DNA of 64,000 nucleotides from Ramazzottius varieornatus (Eukaryota; Animalia; Tardigrada). Positions 13,112 to 26,079 of the stretch are shown here, one piece after another. Positions within the stretch are counted from its first letter, which is position 1, and each line of letters starts with the position of its first letter. Location of the stretch: NCBI GenBank assembly GCA_001949185.1, contig BDGG01000012.1, positions 426,973 to 490,972 of the forward strand, in the 5' to 3' direction. A model generated the notes under the pieces. That model was not told the DNA's origin and did no database searches. It saw only the letters and a list, made by a program, of their open reading frames with translations. A program made the position numbers and the translations under genes.

Positions 13112-14909
13112 ATGTCGCTCGGTCGATTGGATCGACTGCGTTTCGTCGTACGGCAGTTTGCGACATCATCAACCATCTACGCTCGAGGAGCACCACGCTA
13201 TCCAAAGCCTATCCCTGAAAAGAAAACCTACAGCGAAGATGACTTGGCGCCTCAGGACTTCTCCCAGGGAAAAGATGCCTTTGCCAAACCAAAGCGTGAG
13301 TTCAGTATGGAAAAATTCACGCAAGCCGTGCGGGGAGATAGAACACCACGCAGACCGGGCGTCAGCGCTGACGCAGCTCGTTCTTCGTCCAGCAAGACTT
13401 TACGTCGCAAGACGGATTCTTTAGGATTCGAAGAAGATGAAGAGACTATGGAGGGACTCGAGGGGGACAGAACAGCCGAACCGTCCGCAAGAATCGGACC
13501 GAAGAAAGATTACGACACTTCGCCGATCAACAAAAGGCACTCGAGCGAGAGATCGACACCGAAAGAAGCTCCTACTGAGGATAACGAAGTACCGAGTAAA
13601 CATCAGAAGAAAAGGGAACCGAAACGAAGTGGAAGCAGCAAGCGGAACGAGACGGAAGGCCCACGGTACGAATAATGTATATCAACAGGCGCATGACGTC
13701 ATACATGACATCTGCGTGGTACAGAGGCGGCTGGGGGTTATTGAAGAGGTCCGCAATTTGGCCCTTTTTCCACGAAGTTGCTTATCAGGTCGCTCGGCAC
13801 ANNNNNNNNNNNNNNNNNNNNNNNNNNNNNNNNNNNNNNNNNNNNNNNNNNCTCCAGCCGCCTCTGGTGTGGTACCGTGCAGTGAGATAATGCGCCACTT
13901 GACCGAGGCAGAAGGTTTAGGAATGTTGCGGCCTGATTACCTCTTTTCCAGATCGCGATACCCGTTTCTGGACGACAAGAATCCGATATTTAAGAATACG
14001 GTGAATAAAGTCAAGAACCGTACGGAGCGGCTAAAGCATCGGCGTATCCTTCTCGAAGGCCATCGACTCGTCACCGAAGCCGTCAACAATGGTGTGAGAA
14101 TCGACTCGGTCTTCTTCTCCAACCCCGAAGCTTTAGCCTCCGTCAACGAAGCGGAGCTGCACGCGATGAAGGCCGACATCTACCACGTCTCTCCAAAACA
14201 GATGGCCCTCTGGTCGGACATGACCACGGCGCCAGGCATCATGGCGGTCGCGCACATGCCCAGTCCTTCCGTCATGGACATGCGGAAACAAATGCCGTTA
14301 ACCATCGTACTTGACAACATTCGTGATCCGAACAACATGGGGGCTATAGTCCGGGTCGTAGCTGGGGCTGCATGTACACAAATCATAGCCATGAAGGGAT
14401 GTGTGGATCCATGGGATGGCAAAGTGATCAGATCGGCCATGGGCTCGCACTTCCATGTACCCATTCACTATAACATGGAATGGGAACTGCTGAACAACTA
14501 CATTGACAACCCGGCGACTGTCTTTCTAGCGGATAACCTAGAAGATCGCCACTCTAGTGTTACGCTAGATCTCGAAGGCAAACAGTCACCGAGGTTGTTT
14601 CCCAGAAAACGTGACGCTCAGTTGGAGACTGTGCCGTACCATCACGTGGACTTTAGAGAAGGAAGTGTGGTGCTGATCATTGGCGGCGAAACGCACGGGG
14701 TCAGTCCTTTCGCCTACAGCATGACAAAAGAAAGAAATGGCAGGAAGTTGATTATTCCTTTGGGAAATTATGTTGAAAGCCTGAATGCGGCTTCAGTTGT
14801 TGCTGTTATTGCCTTTGAGATGCGCAGACAGAGGCTGTTGTTAGACGATGGCATCTCGGAGGACGCGGAAGTCTATGATCCGCAACCCGCTCCTGGCTTG
14901 CTACAGTAA
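13112..14909 (+). CDS. MRM3: Mitochondrial rRNA methyltransferase 3 (SpoU/TrmH SPOUT family), exons 13112-13665 and 13952-14909
   Basis: ILLEGHRLVTEA, IVLDNIRDPNNMGAIVR, GCVDPWDGKVIRSAMGSHF, LIIGGETHGVS, IIPLGNYVESLNAA. The Arg-rich N-terminus MSLGRLDRLRFVVRQFATSS looks like a mitochondrial presequence. Confidence 0.9.
13682..13904. repeat. Family-A intronic hairpin, interrupted by a MITE
   Basis: Arms TCAACAGGCGCAT and ATGCGCCACTTGA. Confidence 0.65.
13722..13866. mobile_element. hAT-type MITE (interior in N-gap) inserted in the MRM3 intron
   Basis: TIR CAGAGGCGGCTGG / CCAGCCGCCTCTG with 8-bp TSD GCGTGGTA / GTGTGGTA. Confidence 0.8.
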
Positions 14910-15336
14910 GGGTTTTTGGAGTTGTTTTTACCCCTCATCCTTCTGTTGTTTTGGTTTTTGTTATGATATTTCTTACATGTAAAATCGTAATATTACTTGG
15001 CTCCTCAGGTACCATTTTTTGGGCAGAACCTCGTGCGGAGACCCTGTTCTGGTAGTGTCTAGCAGCTTGCTGCAGATGAGACTGGCGCTGTCCGATTTTG
15101 CGAAAGCTAGCAGTTTTGTAGTTTGAGGATTCAGCAAAGCAGCGGAGAAAGGTTACCGACGTGCTGTGATCGGGAAATCGGACTAGCGGTGTCATCTTGA
15201 TTTCAAGTGCGGCAGCGTGCGGTTCGGCACGAAGGAAGGTTATTCGTAGGGCAAGCTGGATTATCCGATTAGACCGTATAGATGGCAAGGCCCAGTGGAG
15301 GACTTCAGTGGAATTTTGAACACTGTGTGGTTTAAA

Positions 15337-16769
15337 ATGGCATTCTCGCGCGCCATTCGGTTGGTCGGGTTTTTGGTTGTGGTTATTTCAATCCGTTCAA
15401 CTTTCGGAGGTAAACTAAGTTCTCTATCGGCTGTCTTCTTCAGTTCTCGTCAAAATCACGGAACGTCATTCTACTTCGTCAAAGCTTGACCTCCTATGTT
15501 CAAGATCTTCATTCGAGCAATGTCAACTTCCTTGTTGGTTCTTTGCAGTACCACGAACGCACCTGAGGTCCATCAACGCTGATCCGCTGTTCACAAAATG
15601 GCCCAACAGTACCATCCCGTACTACATCGATTCCGTCTACAGTAAGACCAGGTTCCTTTGTGTTTAACGTTTTCCCATTTCGAAGACTTGATCCAGTCAG
15701 TCAAGCTAAAAACTGCGTACCTGTATCGACTTCTGACTTCCGCTCAATGAGTCAAGTTGTCTATTAGCCTCAACCACCTGGCTTCTTATGTGTTAGCCAG
15801 TGTCTTTACTACTGTAGCTTCGAAACAAGCCCAGCTCATACGGTCCGCCGCACAGAAAGTAAGCACCGACATGTCTGGCTGCATCAAGTTCGTCGAAGTT
15901 AAGCCAACATCTGCTCAGTACAAGATCAAAGTTACACCCTTCAAGACTGGCACGTAAGATGTCTCGCATTGTATACGTCTATACATGCCCTACTTCCGCT
16001 TCCGAATTATTCTCTTCCCTCAGGAGTGTGAAAGAACTTCGCTGTTCAGCCTACCCTGGAATCTTTACTGGTTTCCAGCAAGCCGGATACAAGGAACAAC
16101 GCATAGTTCTCGTGGAGGGCGAACAAGGATGCCTTGATGGAACCCTCCATCCAATCATGAAGTATTTCACTATCATCCTGGGCAAGATCAACGAGCACCA
16201 GAGATCCGACAGGGACGACTTCATTAAAATCAATGAGACCAACCTTGTGGATAGTAAGTCGCAGCCATCCATCGTTTGGGAACATTTCCCATTATGTCGG
16301 ATGTCAACAAACAAAATGTGCAAGATTGTCGTCTCAAGTGGCTCAAGTGAAAACGATTCGGTCGAGTTCCTAAGTGGCGCACGTGTTATTGGCTTGAAGT
16401 TGAAGTGTGGGTCACTTTAGACAACGATCTTGTACGTCTCGTTGCCGGTCTTCCATGTGGAGCTTTGTTCTTTCAGACTCGCAGAATATCTACCGACAGC
16501 ACGATCTGACCGACACCTTCTCGACCTGTTCCTACGACTACTGCTCCATCACCCACAACCCGGAAACGATGTATACGCCGGACGGAAGTAAAGTGGGCTT
16601 CACAGTCCTCAAAGCGCCGTTCTACATTCCGAAGCTCACCCGCCTGTCAGAGTGCGATTGCAAGGACCTCAGCATCCTCTATGAATGCGAATCCAGCAAG
16701 TGCGAGCCATTGAACTGCGCTGGCTTGGTCAAGACCGCCGGCGACAAGAAGCTACCTGAGGGGCATTAA
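15337..16769 (+). CDS. Secreted astacin-fold (M12A) protein, catalytically inactive; 5 exons
   Basis: Signal peptide, KWPNSTIPYYID, GCIKFVEV, LGKINEHQRSDRDDFIKIN, YDYCSITHN. The zinc motif HExxHxxGxxH is replaced by KYFTIILGKIN. Confidence 0.85.
16321..16432. repeat. Family-A intronic hairpin (astacin intron)
   Basis: CAAGATTGTCGTCTCAAGTGGCTCA, an internal TTCCTAAGTGGCGCACG, and TGGGTCACTTTAGACAACGATCTTG. Confidence 0.8.
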
Positions 16770-17339
16770 AGAGGACGGTAGAAAAATTCCGGCTCTCAAT
16801 TTTTTTTCAGCTTCTTCAAAAATCTCTATGTACACGAAAGGAGGCAATCTCCCGATGCAACAACTCAAAACTCAGTCAACAGCATAACGTAACTCAAGAC
16901 CATCCTTAACAGCGATTAAACTGTCAGTCAGAGAACTAAGAAACAGCAGTTCTTTCCCTTCGTGTTAAAACAGAGCTTTATAAGTACAAGTGAAAACAAA
17001 AAGTCCATTTGTCCAGCTATGAGAATATTTCTTTTTTTGGGCATTTTCCAGAAGCCACTGAAACAGAAGAGCAAAACTAGTGTTAGTTCGGACGCAAGAC
17101 CACACGAAACAAGACCCAAATGTTCTCACCTTAATCTTATTTCAGTATCACATTCGATTTGGAATCACTTTCGAGCGCTGCTCGAAGAGCTGCTGTCTTT
17201 TTACTTTTCGTTACATCAAGTATCGTCTACGGATTTCCAGGAGACGCACTCCTGCCTCAACCTGAGAAAGATGCTCCATCGGCAATCATGTTAAAATTAT
17301 TAAAAGACAAAGATGAGCAGTTTTGAAACTTACAAGGTA

Positions 17340-20300
17340 TTAACTTCCGACAGCTGCATTTTCTTCCGTCACCGAACTTCGACTTCCTTCTCCTTTCTTC
17401 TCTTTGCGATGCTTCTTCCGGTGTTTCTTCTTATCGGTCGGCGAAGCTTCTCTCTTGGAATGCTTCTCCGACTTTGAAGCCTTGGAAGACTTGTCCTTTT
17501 TACTCTTGGACTTGTGTGATCGGCTGGACTTGTGCTTGCCCTCGACCACTTCACCAGCTTCCCTACTCTCCACCGAAGCATCCCGCTTCCTCGAAGACCG
17601 CTCTTTGTCCTTTTCACCACCGTTCGACTCCTTTCCCTGCCGTATACCCTCCCCCACACTCCTGGCGTCCACTATCTTGGACGTACCGGCTACTGAAAAA
17701 GAACACTGGAAATAAGACTTGAGTTAGCATTTGCGAAAACAGATGGAAGGTCGGCAGACAAACTCGATCAGACTGTCTTCTGAAGTGGCGCACGTTCTTA
17801 GTGTTACTGACCGAAAGCGTACACCATCTGAAAAATTTATCTGATCGAGTTCATTCCAGACTCAAAAATCACTCTTCTGAATTTATCATACTTGTAGTTT
17901 CATCTCAAAAATTTTCTGCTACTTTATATGCTGGAATATTTCCTGTTACAGCAAAAAAATTAACCAGTTCTGACTTGAGATACTTTTCTGGGGTACAGAT
18001 ATTTTGTTTTACAGTCTTACCGTCTTCCTTTTCTTTGCCACTCTTGCTCGACTTGTCCTTATCTTTCTTCGAGCTCCGCGACTTATGCGAAGACTTGTCC
18101 TTGTCCTTTGCGTCATCGTCCTTCTTCGACCTATGGCTCTTTCGGTCCTTGTCTTTATCTCGGTCGGACGGTTTCTGAGAGGATGAAGCATCGTCGCTCC
18201 TTCTCTTGACGTCCCGCTTGTCGGGCTTTGGTGTCTCACTTCGCGGTCTCTTCTCACGAGACTTCCAGTCAGTTTTCCAGTTCGCACCCTTCTCTTCCCG
18301 TTCTTCATCGCGATCTGAGGGTTTTCGCTCTTTGGACGACCGGTCCTTATCTTTACGAGAACTTCTGGAAGACTTACCGGAACGCTTCTCACTTCTTTCT
18401 TCCTTGTCTCCAGCTTTGTCGGAAGCGGATTTCTCCTCTTCGGCGCGGGAAGACGTCCGACTCTTTTCGGCGTTCTCTTGGCTCAGCAGTTCTGCCTCTC
18501 CCTCCTCCTAATAAAACAGACACAGCACTTCGTTAAAGTATTCCAATTCGGAAACCGAACCAACTGCCAATCCAGCGAAAGAAACAGGCAGCCGTTACAT
18601 CCACCTGCACACCCACGATCCGAACTAAACAAACTGCTCTAAGTATACAGGTGCATAAGATTCTGTAACATTTCGTTTGCCTACTTTCAATGTCTCATCC
18701 AATCATCCACTAATTTCATAACAGAAAACGACAATACCATGAAAATATAGAGTAAGGTAAGGTATTATTGGTACCTTCTCGTTGGAGTTTTTGCGACTGG
18801 ATCGTTTCTTGAGGGACTTTTGGTCGGCAGATTCACTTCGCGCCCTCTTTTCCTTCTTCCTGTCTTTATCTTTGTCTCTCCTCGAAGACCTCGACTTCTT
18901 AGATCGAGAACCATCGTCTTTACGATGAGAGGAAGAAGCTTCGGAAGTTTTGTCTGTATCTTCGCGTTCCTTTTCTTTCGGTGGTGAATCCAGGGGGTCG
19001 TTCGTTACTTGCGAAGACGCAGGGTCGTTCACACTAGGAAGACTTTCCTTGGCAGGAAGATTCAAGGGTTCATCGAAAGGCTTCGATGCTTCCGCCACTG
19101 TCAGCTTTTCCTTAGAATCAACACCTAAAACAAGAAGAGTAATAAAAAACCAACATCAGAGGCATTTGGAAGCTCGGTAAACAAACTTAACCAAATGGTT
19201 ATCCCCAGTGGCGCACGCATCCAGCGGGTAAAACTGATAACGTGCGCCACTTGGAAAAACGATTTGGTCAAGTTTGTTTATCGACCCTGCATTCTCAAAA
19301 ACTTACTTGTTGAATCTAACGACGGTCCCGGTTGCTGACTCGGTTCAGCTTTAACTTCCGGTACGGGTTTCACGTCTATTGTGTTCTCTTCTTCCTTCAT
19401 ATTCTTCGCATCCGGTACAGCTTTTTCCGCCACCGCGACTTCCGGTATCTTCTCCGGTTCTTTCTCTCGCTTCACCGTTCCAATCGTCTCAATCTTCCTT
19501 TCCGTCCTATCTGACCTGTCCTTGTCCCGATCACTCTTCCCCTTGGAAGACGGCGATAAGTTCTCGTCTCGCTTCCGGCGATCCCGATCACTCAGCCTCG
19601 AGTCCTTTTTGTCATCTGACCTGGACGAAGTCTCCCGCTTCCTGTCTCGTCGGTCAGGCGAGTAGTCTCTCGATCGTCTTCGTTCCGGACTGCGACTACT
19701 TCTTCGTCGGTCACGATCGTCATACTTGTCGTACTTGCTACTACGATCATCTCTTCTCCTGTCGTCATCTTTGTCCCGTCGATCTTTATCTCGGTAATCT
19801 TTGTCATCACTACGAGACGACTTCTCCGGAGACCGTCGAGGTGGGTCGTCGTTGTGAGGAGCCTGAATTGGCACTTTCGGTGTATTCGGAATTCTAAAAG
19901 TCAAAATGAATTAAAGCAATCAAAAGAATCCGAAAGCTCGGAAGCAATCCGAACCAAACCTTTTCCCAAAGCGGCGCACGTTTTTAGCATAGCTGCCTGG
20001 AAGCGTGCGCCACTGGGAAATGCAATCAGGTCCAGCTTGTTGGCCGAGCTCCCAAGTATGGGAAAAACCCTCCAAAGATTGGTTAAGTGGGAAAACTACT
20101 GGACAGATTGAACCTACCTTGTTATTCGGAGGTTCGGTAGAGGCTGCTGTTGTTGGCCAGGCACCATAGCTTGAGCAGGTATCGCCGGCAACTGCTGACC
20201 GTACATCGCTCGAACAGCGGCTGAAACAGAAAAGTACCGCGTCACGAAACAGCAAAGCTCCTCAGTCAACCTGAAGCAACAATCGCATCTTACCAGGATG

Positions 20301-22974
20301 TCCCATTCCGAAAGCAACACCAGGGTAGCGCATACCAGGCATGCCGGGCATCACTCCTCCGTAAGGCATGGCACCTCGCCAGGCACCACCCATGGCGTAA
20401 GCAGCCGGACCGAAGGCAGCTCCAGAAGCGTCTCCGTACCTTCGAACGTGACAGCACCATGATGAAATGGCTGGTCAACTTGAGAGACTGATACGAATTC
20501 AAAAAGGAAATAGGTTGATCCTTACTGGTTTGCGGCATAGAATCCCATCTGAGCGGGGTTAGCCGCTGGCTGTCTTGGCCGGGCGTTGTTACCCATAAAC
20601 ATGCCACTGTTCTGTTGGAAGTTGCCACCGACATTACGATCGCGAGGGCTTGGAATGTGTGGAGCTTGGAAGAGATTGACGTTCACGCTAGGAGTTGCTC
20701 GCGTCAGAGAGCCGATTTGCTGTGGCTCGTTCGATGGCGGTGTCCGATCTTGAGGATGATGCTGCTGTTGTGGCTGCAAGAAGTGAAGCACGGACATTTA
20801 TAATCATCAGTAGCTAAACCGAGCCAAATTCGGACCAAGATTTCATATCGCTTCGTTCAGAGAAGATGAACAAAAAAACCTGCTTATGTCTCGCGAACTT
20901 GCATACACGTGTTATTCAACTAAGTAACGGCTTCATGTACGCAGGTGCAAACCCATGAACAGAATTCCCTTGCCAATCTCCTGAACCCTAACTGAGATTC
21001 GGACATGGAAACTCAAGTTTCAGTTTCTCGAGAAATAAGAAAAATGAGTGCTCGCTGATAGCTATTCAGACGAAATTAAGGACTCACCCTCTGCTGGTTG
21101 TGATGGCCATACTGGTGATGGTCGGGTCTCGTGACGGTCTTGGTAGGACGAACCACATTCCTGCCAGGTCCAGCAGGGATGGCCGGAGGTGTTGAAGGTT
21201 CTTTCATGTGGCCAACGTTAGGCCGACTGACTTCGTCTCTCCGCTTCTGCTTCTTGATCTGCACATCCCGCTCCCATTTCTCGACGGAATCACGAAGTAG
21301 CTGATTCGGTAGACACTCGTCGTACTTAAACTCCACTCCGCAGTTTGGACAGTTGTTGTCGTCACTCAACGACCTCGTCTGAACACCTGGAAACAAAGAA
21401 ACATAAACAAGTGAAGTAGAAGAGTAGACTGAGAAACAGAACCAACTTACAATCATCACAGTAACTCTTTTCGCAACAAGGCAGCTTCACCGCATTTCGT
21501 ATCACATGTTGACAGAGGTTACACCGCAGATCCTGAGGAATGTCTTCATATTCCGGACCGCTAAAACCAGAAGGAAACAGTCAGCTTGTTCATTTATTCG
21601 AAGGGTGGAAAGTGATAAGGAGTTTCCATCAACTTACGTATCGACTGGAATGGTGGCGTAAGGTGCCGGGTTGGTGTTTTCCGTGGTGGGCTTCATGACG
21701 GGTGCTCTCATCTGGTTGTTCCTTCTTGGCGGCATATGATAATTGCTCTCGCTAGCATTCGGGCACCTGTTGGGCCAGTGCCCGGTACCGCCACAGTTCT
21801 TGCAGATGTAGGAAGGAGGAGGATTCGCACTCTGAGAGTTCCGCGCTCGGCTGACATATCTGGAAACACATCTCAAGTACTATTCCCCACCTAACTAACT
21901 GCCAAGCCCATCACGAAAGGATGTCAAAGCCACTGACTGTGTTGAGCGAAAAGAACTGTGTGACGGAAGAGACCAACTTACGCTGTGTGATCGTAGAAGA
22001 GCAAGCATTGATACATCATGGCCAGGATCTTCTGATCTTCCGGCAGATCCAACTCCGAGATATCCGTCGTCTGCAAAAGACAAAAGTGAAGGTTTTTCAT
22101 GGAAGAATTTTCTATAAAACTGGAAGAGAGAAGACAGGAAGCTGAACTCACAGTGGTGATGAGCGTGGGAAAGCCGAGCTCAACAAACTCTGGATCTTGC
22201 AGACCTTGCGCCACTTCTCGATATCCATGACCTGCAAAATAACCTGCCATTATGGTACGCATTGGAAGAACGAACGGGAATATTCCTCCACAAAGAAACA
22301 GTCCAGAAACCGGAAAGAACGGGAAGAGGAAAGTGAGAAGCAGCTTTAACAACCTTGCGACTATTTCAAGCCGTAAATCAACATTCACGCCAATCAATCG
22401 AAAACCCTGTCACATCTTAAACCATGATGGTTCTCTGGATCAGTGCTGGATCTTTCCAACAGACTCTCCTTCGACGTCTCACAAACCAGAATCATCTTCG
22501 CGTCGGTTACCTGAATAATGGTGGTCCAAAGTCTGTTCAGAGTTGGTTCGCTCCATCACTTTCTTGGCCGGAAGTTCAGCAGCGACGCTAGTCGGCTCCT
22601 TGACAGCTGCCTCTTCTGCTACTTTATCACCATTCTCTCCTCCAAGAAGCCTTCGCGCAACCAGCACCGTGGTATCTTTCGGGATCTCCGTATCGTCGTT
22701 GGCATAAACTACAAGGAGAGGGATTTGCAGCAGATGTGTGGCAGGAAACGTTTATGTAGCGAGAGTTACCTTCGCCAGTCGCGTCATTCTGAAGGGACAA
22801 CTCCGACGGTGCTTGACGCTTGTCCGGACGGGAACTGACTTGATCCAACTTGTGCTTGGTACTGATATGGTTTTTCAGCTCCTTGACACTGACAGATGAT
22901 CCAGAAAAGGCGAACTTGTCCAGGGTAGTCTCATTCTTGAAACGGAAATGAATGACTGCGTCAGCCATGACCAT
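17340..22974 (-). CDS. RBBP6: RBBP6/PACT/Mpe1-like E3 ligase (DWNN, CCHC knuckle, RING, SR/K-rich tail), multi-exon
   Basis: VIHFRFKNETTLDKFAFSG (DWNN); YICKNCGGTGHWPNRCP (knuckle); LRCNLC..AVKLPCCEKSYCDDC..CPNC..LPNQLLRDSV (RING); long RS/KD-rich C-terminus. 3' end approximate. Confidence 0.9.
17761..17851. repeat. Family-A intronic hairpin (RBBP6)
   Basis: AACTCGATCAGA..AAGTGGCGCACG / CGTACACCA..TCTGATCGAGTT. Confidence 0.85.
19178..19280. repeat. Family-A intronic hairpin (RBBP6), ~40-bp stem
   Basis: TAAACAAACTTAACCAAATGGTTATCCCCAGTGGCGCACG / CGTGCGCCACTTGGAAAAACGATTTGGTCAAGTTTGTTTA. Confidence 0.92.
19935..20050. repeat. Family-A intronic hairpin (RBBP6)
   Basis: TTTTCCCAAAGCGGCGCACG / CGTGCGCCACTGGGAAA, with outer AGCTCGG / CCGAGCT. 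Confidence 0.85.
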
Positions 22975-23528
22975 CTTCTTCCTTCGCAATCGACCTTCAC
23001 TCCTTCGCTTCCACCTAAGGACAAGAGCACACTATCTGTAGTTGAATGGGAAATAACTTTCCATAACTCAGTGACATCAATCGATGAATTCCACGTCAGA
23101 TAGCAATTTTGATGAGGCATAAACTCTGATTAAGAAAATTTAAGAAAACTGGACCGGGCACAGACCTGAAACCTGCATGACTGATAACCCGGTGAATGAT
23201 GAGCACGTTGAACTGGCCATACGAACGATGGCCTGATAATCAATCAAGACCGAGTGGTAAATCTCCCACGTGGGTCGACGTACTACCCGGTCCCAGTACA
23301 CTAGACCACGTGATTCCATTCAGCGAAAGCGGAATCAGCGGATGAGCATTCTTAGCTCCACCTACTGGCGGATTGTAAGTTAACGAACGACAGTCCGTGA
23401 CGTCGACCCACTCGGCACCTCCACGGCTCGAACCGGAAAGTCCGTCTTTCCACCCAATCCAGCGGGGAGCCTGCGGTTTTTTCGCTGCTCATTGCCTTCT
23501 TCGAGCGTTTCGTTCTGAAGAAGTACCA

Positions 23529-23725
23529 TTATCCGCCTAGAAAACGGCTGCAACCATTGGTCTGCTTCGGGCTTCCTAGACTTAGCCCCACTTATCCGCC
23601 TAGAAAACGGCTGCAACCATTGGTCTGCTTCGGGCTTCCTAGACTTAGCCCCACTTATCCGCCTAGAAAACGGCTGCAACCATTGGTCTGCAGCCACCGT
23701 CTGCTTCGGGCTTCTTAGACTTAGT
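23529..23725. repeat. 63-bp tandem repeat, two exact copies plus an interrupted third
   Basis: Unit TTATCCGCCTAGAAAACGGCTGCAACCATTGGTCTGCTTCGGGCTTCCTAGACTTAGCCCCAC at 23529, 23592 and 23655. Confidence 0.95.
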
Positions 23726-24478
23726 GCTCACGGATTCCCGTATCGACCACTCTTCTAATAAGAAACCTAAGCTCCTCTTACTCTGTGGGTCTCTCCGGAA
23801 ACAGATAGAACTCACCGGGGAACAATGAAGAAAAACCTATCCGGCTGTCCCTATTAAAATAGTTGAGAAAAACTGGCAGAGCAGCACCTACTTCGGTGGA
23901 ATGCACCGACTGCGGAAGAGCCAGCGGAAGTACTTCCAACCTGAATGCTCCCATGCAGTCGATTGGCTGACTTTGTGGACTTGAGATGATACAGAATTGC
24001 AAACCCACTGCTCTGGACCATGGTTGCCGGAACCACGTGGGGATATGACTCAAATGGAGTCGGATCCCATCTCCTTGAGATGACATGAGTCACATGGCAT
24101 CCACGGCCCAGGCATCCCTGTCCACGGTGACGTCACCGACTTTTGCGCCCTCACGCGACTATGTCATTGCCGATGTTCCGTCCGTTACGCTTGTAGCCTA
24201 AGCAGGTTGATTGCTTTTCTGGCCTCTCCAACGCATCGCCTTTTTACACGCGGTCGAATTTCACTTTTCCGTCTTCCGAAGAAATCCCGAATTTCCGATT
24301 CCCGAACCCTGTTCTCCGAGAAAGCTCCCTGCAGAGACGGATCGTTTTCTTGAGTTCCAGTTTTCCTCTCGAACCTGTTTAAGGTGTTTATCTTGTCTCG
24401 CGTTTCCCGATTCCTGAGCGGTTTACTGAACGATTTCGTTCTGTTCTAGGTACGCTTCACGACGACCTCGACCATATT

Positions 24479-26079
24479 ATGGCGACGATGATGGCGTCGG
24501 CTCGCTCATGCTCTTTTTGCTGCAGTTTTTGTACCTCTTACAAGCCAGTCTTGACAGCCAAGGACTACTTCGACAGCCTGCCTCCGGCAAGCATTATTCG
24601 GATAATGCACTTGTGGAATCTCTACTGGATCGGCAACCGCGACGGACGCTATTCAGAGGCGGACTGGGAGATCCTTGCGGAAAAAGCTCAGAGCATTGGG
24701 TCCTGCTTCTTTCGGATGGTTCTGGAGCTTCGGACAGTCAGCGCAGAATCTGAAGAAATATTCGTGACGATGATAACCAAGTTTCACTTTAGTAGGTTTT
24801 CCTCATATACAGTTCTCCTCAATCAAACGATCAAGCTAAGGCACGCACAGCTCAGGCAATTAGTGTGTGTCAATGTTGGCTTGATTGAATCTTGACCGCA
24901 TTAGTGTACGTGGGTGTACTTGCTGGGTCTCCAACAAATCAAACAGTGATTTGCGGGCGTGATATTCTGCCTTTGGTAGTTTCGTAACTTTCTTTGTCAA
25001 TTATTTCTTATTTCTCTCTGTAGTGTTGGCTGGCCGAAGGCAGGAACTGGTCGAGAATGGACTTCACCTCGAAGACCCATTTCATCCTATTAGCCCGCAG
25101 TACGGCGAGGCCCTGGAAGTGAAGATCGCGGAATGGCGAGAGTATAACATGCTTACCGAAGCTGTTATCAGCCTTCCATCCAGAATGATGATTCGACGAT
25201 GCCTCAGTCACTCTAACGCCGTGCTGATGGAGACGTTCGAGTATGCCATGCAAAGCTGGCATAAAGTGGGCGAGGATCGCATTGACAGTCTAACTAAAAC
25301 GTGGATCTGGAATGACCGTAAGTCAAGTTGGTGCCTTCCATTCGTCTTTCCGTATCCTGAATTCTTTCTTAGTATGTTATTCTCACAGATAACTTGAAGT
25401 CGGGCCAGATGTCGGATCCTGCCGCTCTTGCGGAAGAGGAAGTCATGGTTGGTCTGGTGGCTCCATCGCAGCTGATGATTTGTGCTGCGACAGAAGAAGA
25501 CATCGTCATGGAGGAGCATCCTTCCCACAACTTCGGCGTTTCTGCTTCAATGGCCATTCTTCGCGAAACTACCTATGGCAGCGACGTTAATGAAGGTATT
25601 CACTAGTCAGTTTCTTCCCTACGAGTCTTGCTGAATGTGAATCGCAGAGATGGTTTCGGAAACGTTGACTTAAAGTATTTTGCGTTCTTGTAGGAAGCTC
25701 GGTGTCCAGCTCTCCTTCGACTTCGTCCAAAGACAGCGGTTCCTGTTCACAAAACTTCTCTTTTGCCTCTGGAAAACCGTATGACCGCGAGAACGAACAG
25801 GAAGGAAGCGACATCAGTCGCTTCCTTCCTGTGAAGGAGGTGAAGAACGGAGGGAAGCGAGGTCGAGTGTTACGATGCTTCCGGGCGGTCTTCCGTTGCT
25901 TGACGGTAAGTGTGTCTTCCAAAATGAGCATGTGCTGCCATGTAGTCTTCTTATGGAGAAGTATTGTCAATTGTGGCCTTCTTGTTTCATAGGTATGTGT
26001 GAAGGGCCCTTCGACGGACGAGTGGACAGCTGTCTCGGAAGGATCATCGCTAAAGCTTTCTCAAAACTCAACTTCTTGA
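24479..26079 (+). CDS. Unknown multi-exon protein (no recognisable family)
   Basis: ORF segments 24479-~24791, 25024-25317, 25389-~25595, 25693-25905 and 25993-26079 can be joined in frame through GT-AG introns. Confidence 0.5.

Noticed and set aside
13437-13951. N-terminal part of the 490-aa ORF-track entry
   Set aside because: It reads through an intron and an N-gap. The real N-terminus is the 13112 frame spliced to 13952.
13112-14909. SpoU methyltransferase (and the P5C reductase at 40115-41316) as bacterial horizontal transfers
   Set aside because: Both have spliceosomal introns and standard eukaryotic orthologues. Nothing in the sequence indicates HGT.
19178-19280. Family-A hairpins as Introner-like elements or mirtrons
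   Set aside because: The hairpins sit inside introns and do not coincide with the splice sites, and the host introns are otherwise dissimilar.
17404-19897. Long plus-strand Ser/Phe/Leu-rich ORFs
   Set aside because: Antisense shadows of the low-complexity RBBP6 tail.
23529-23725. Repeat array as a possible CRISPR
   Set aside because: Head-to-tail identical units without spacers, in a eukaryotic context with no cas genes.
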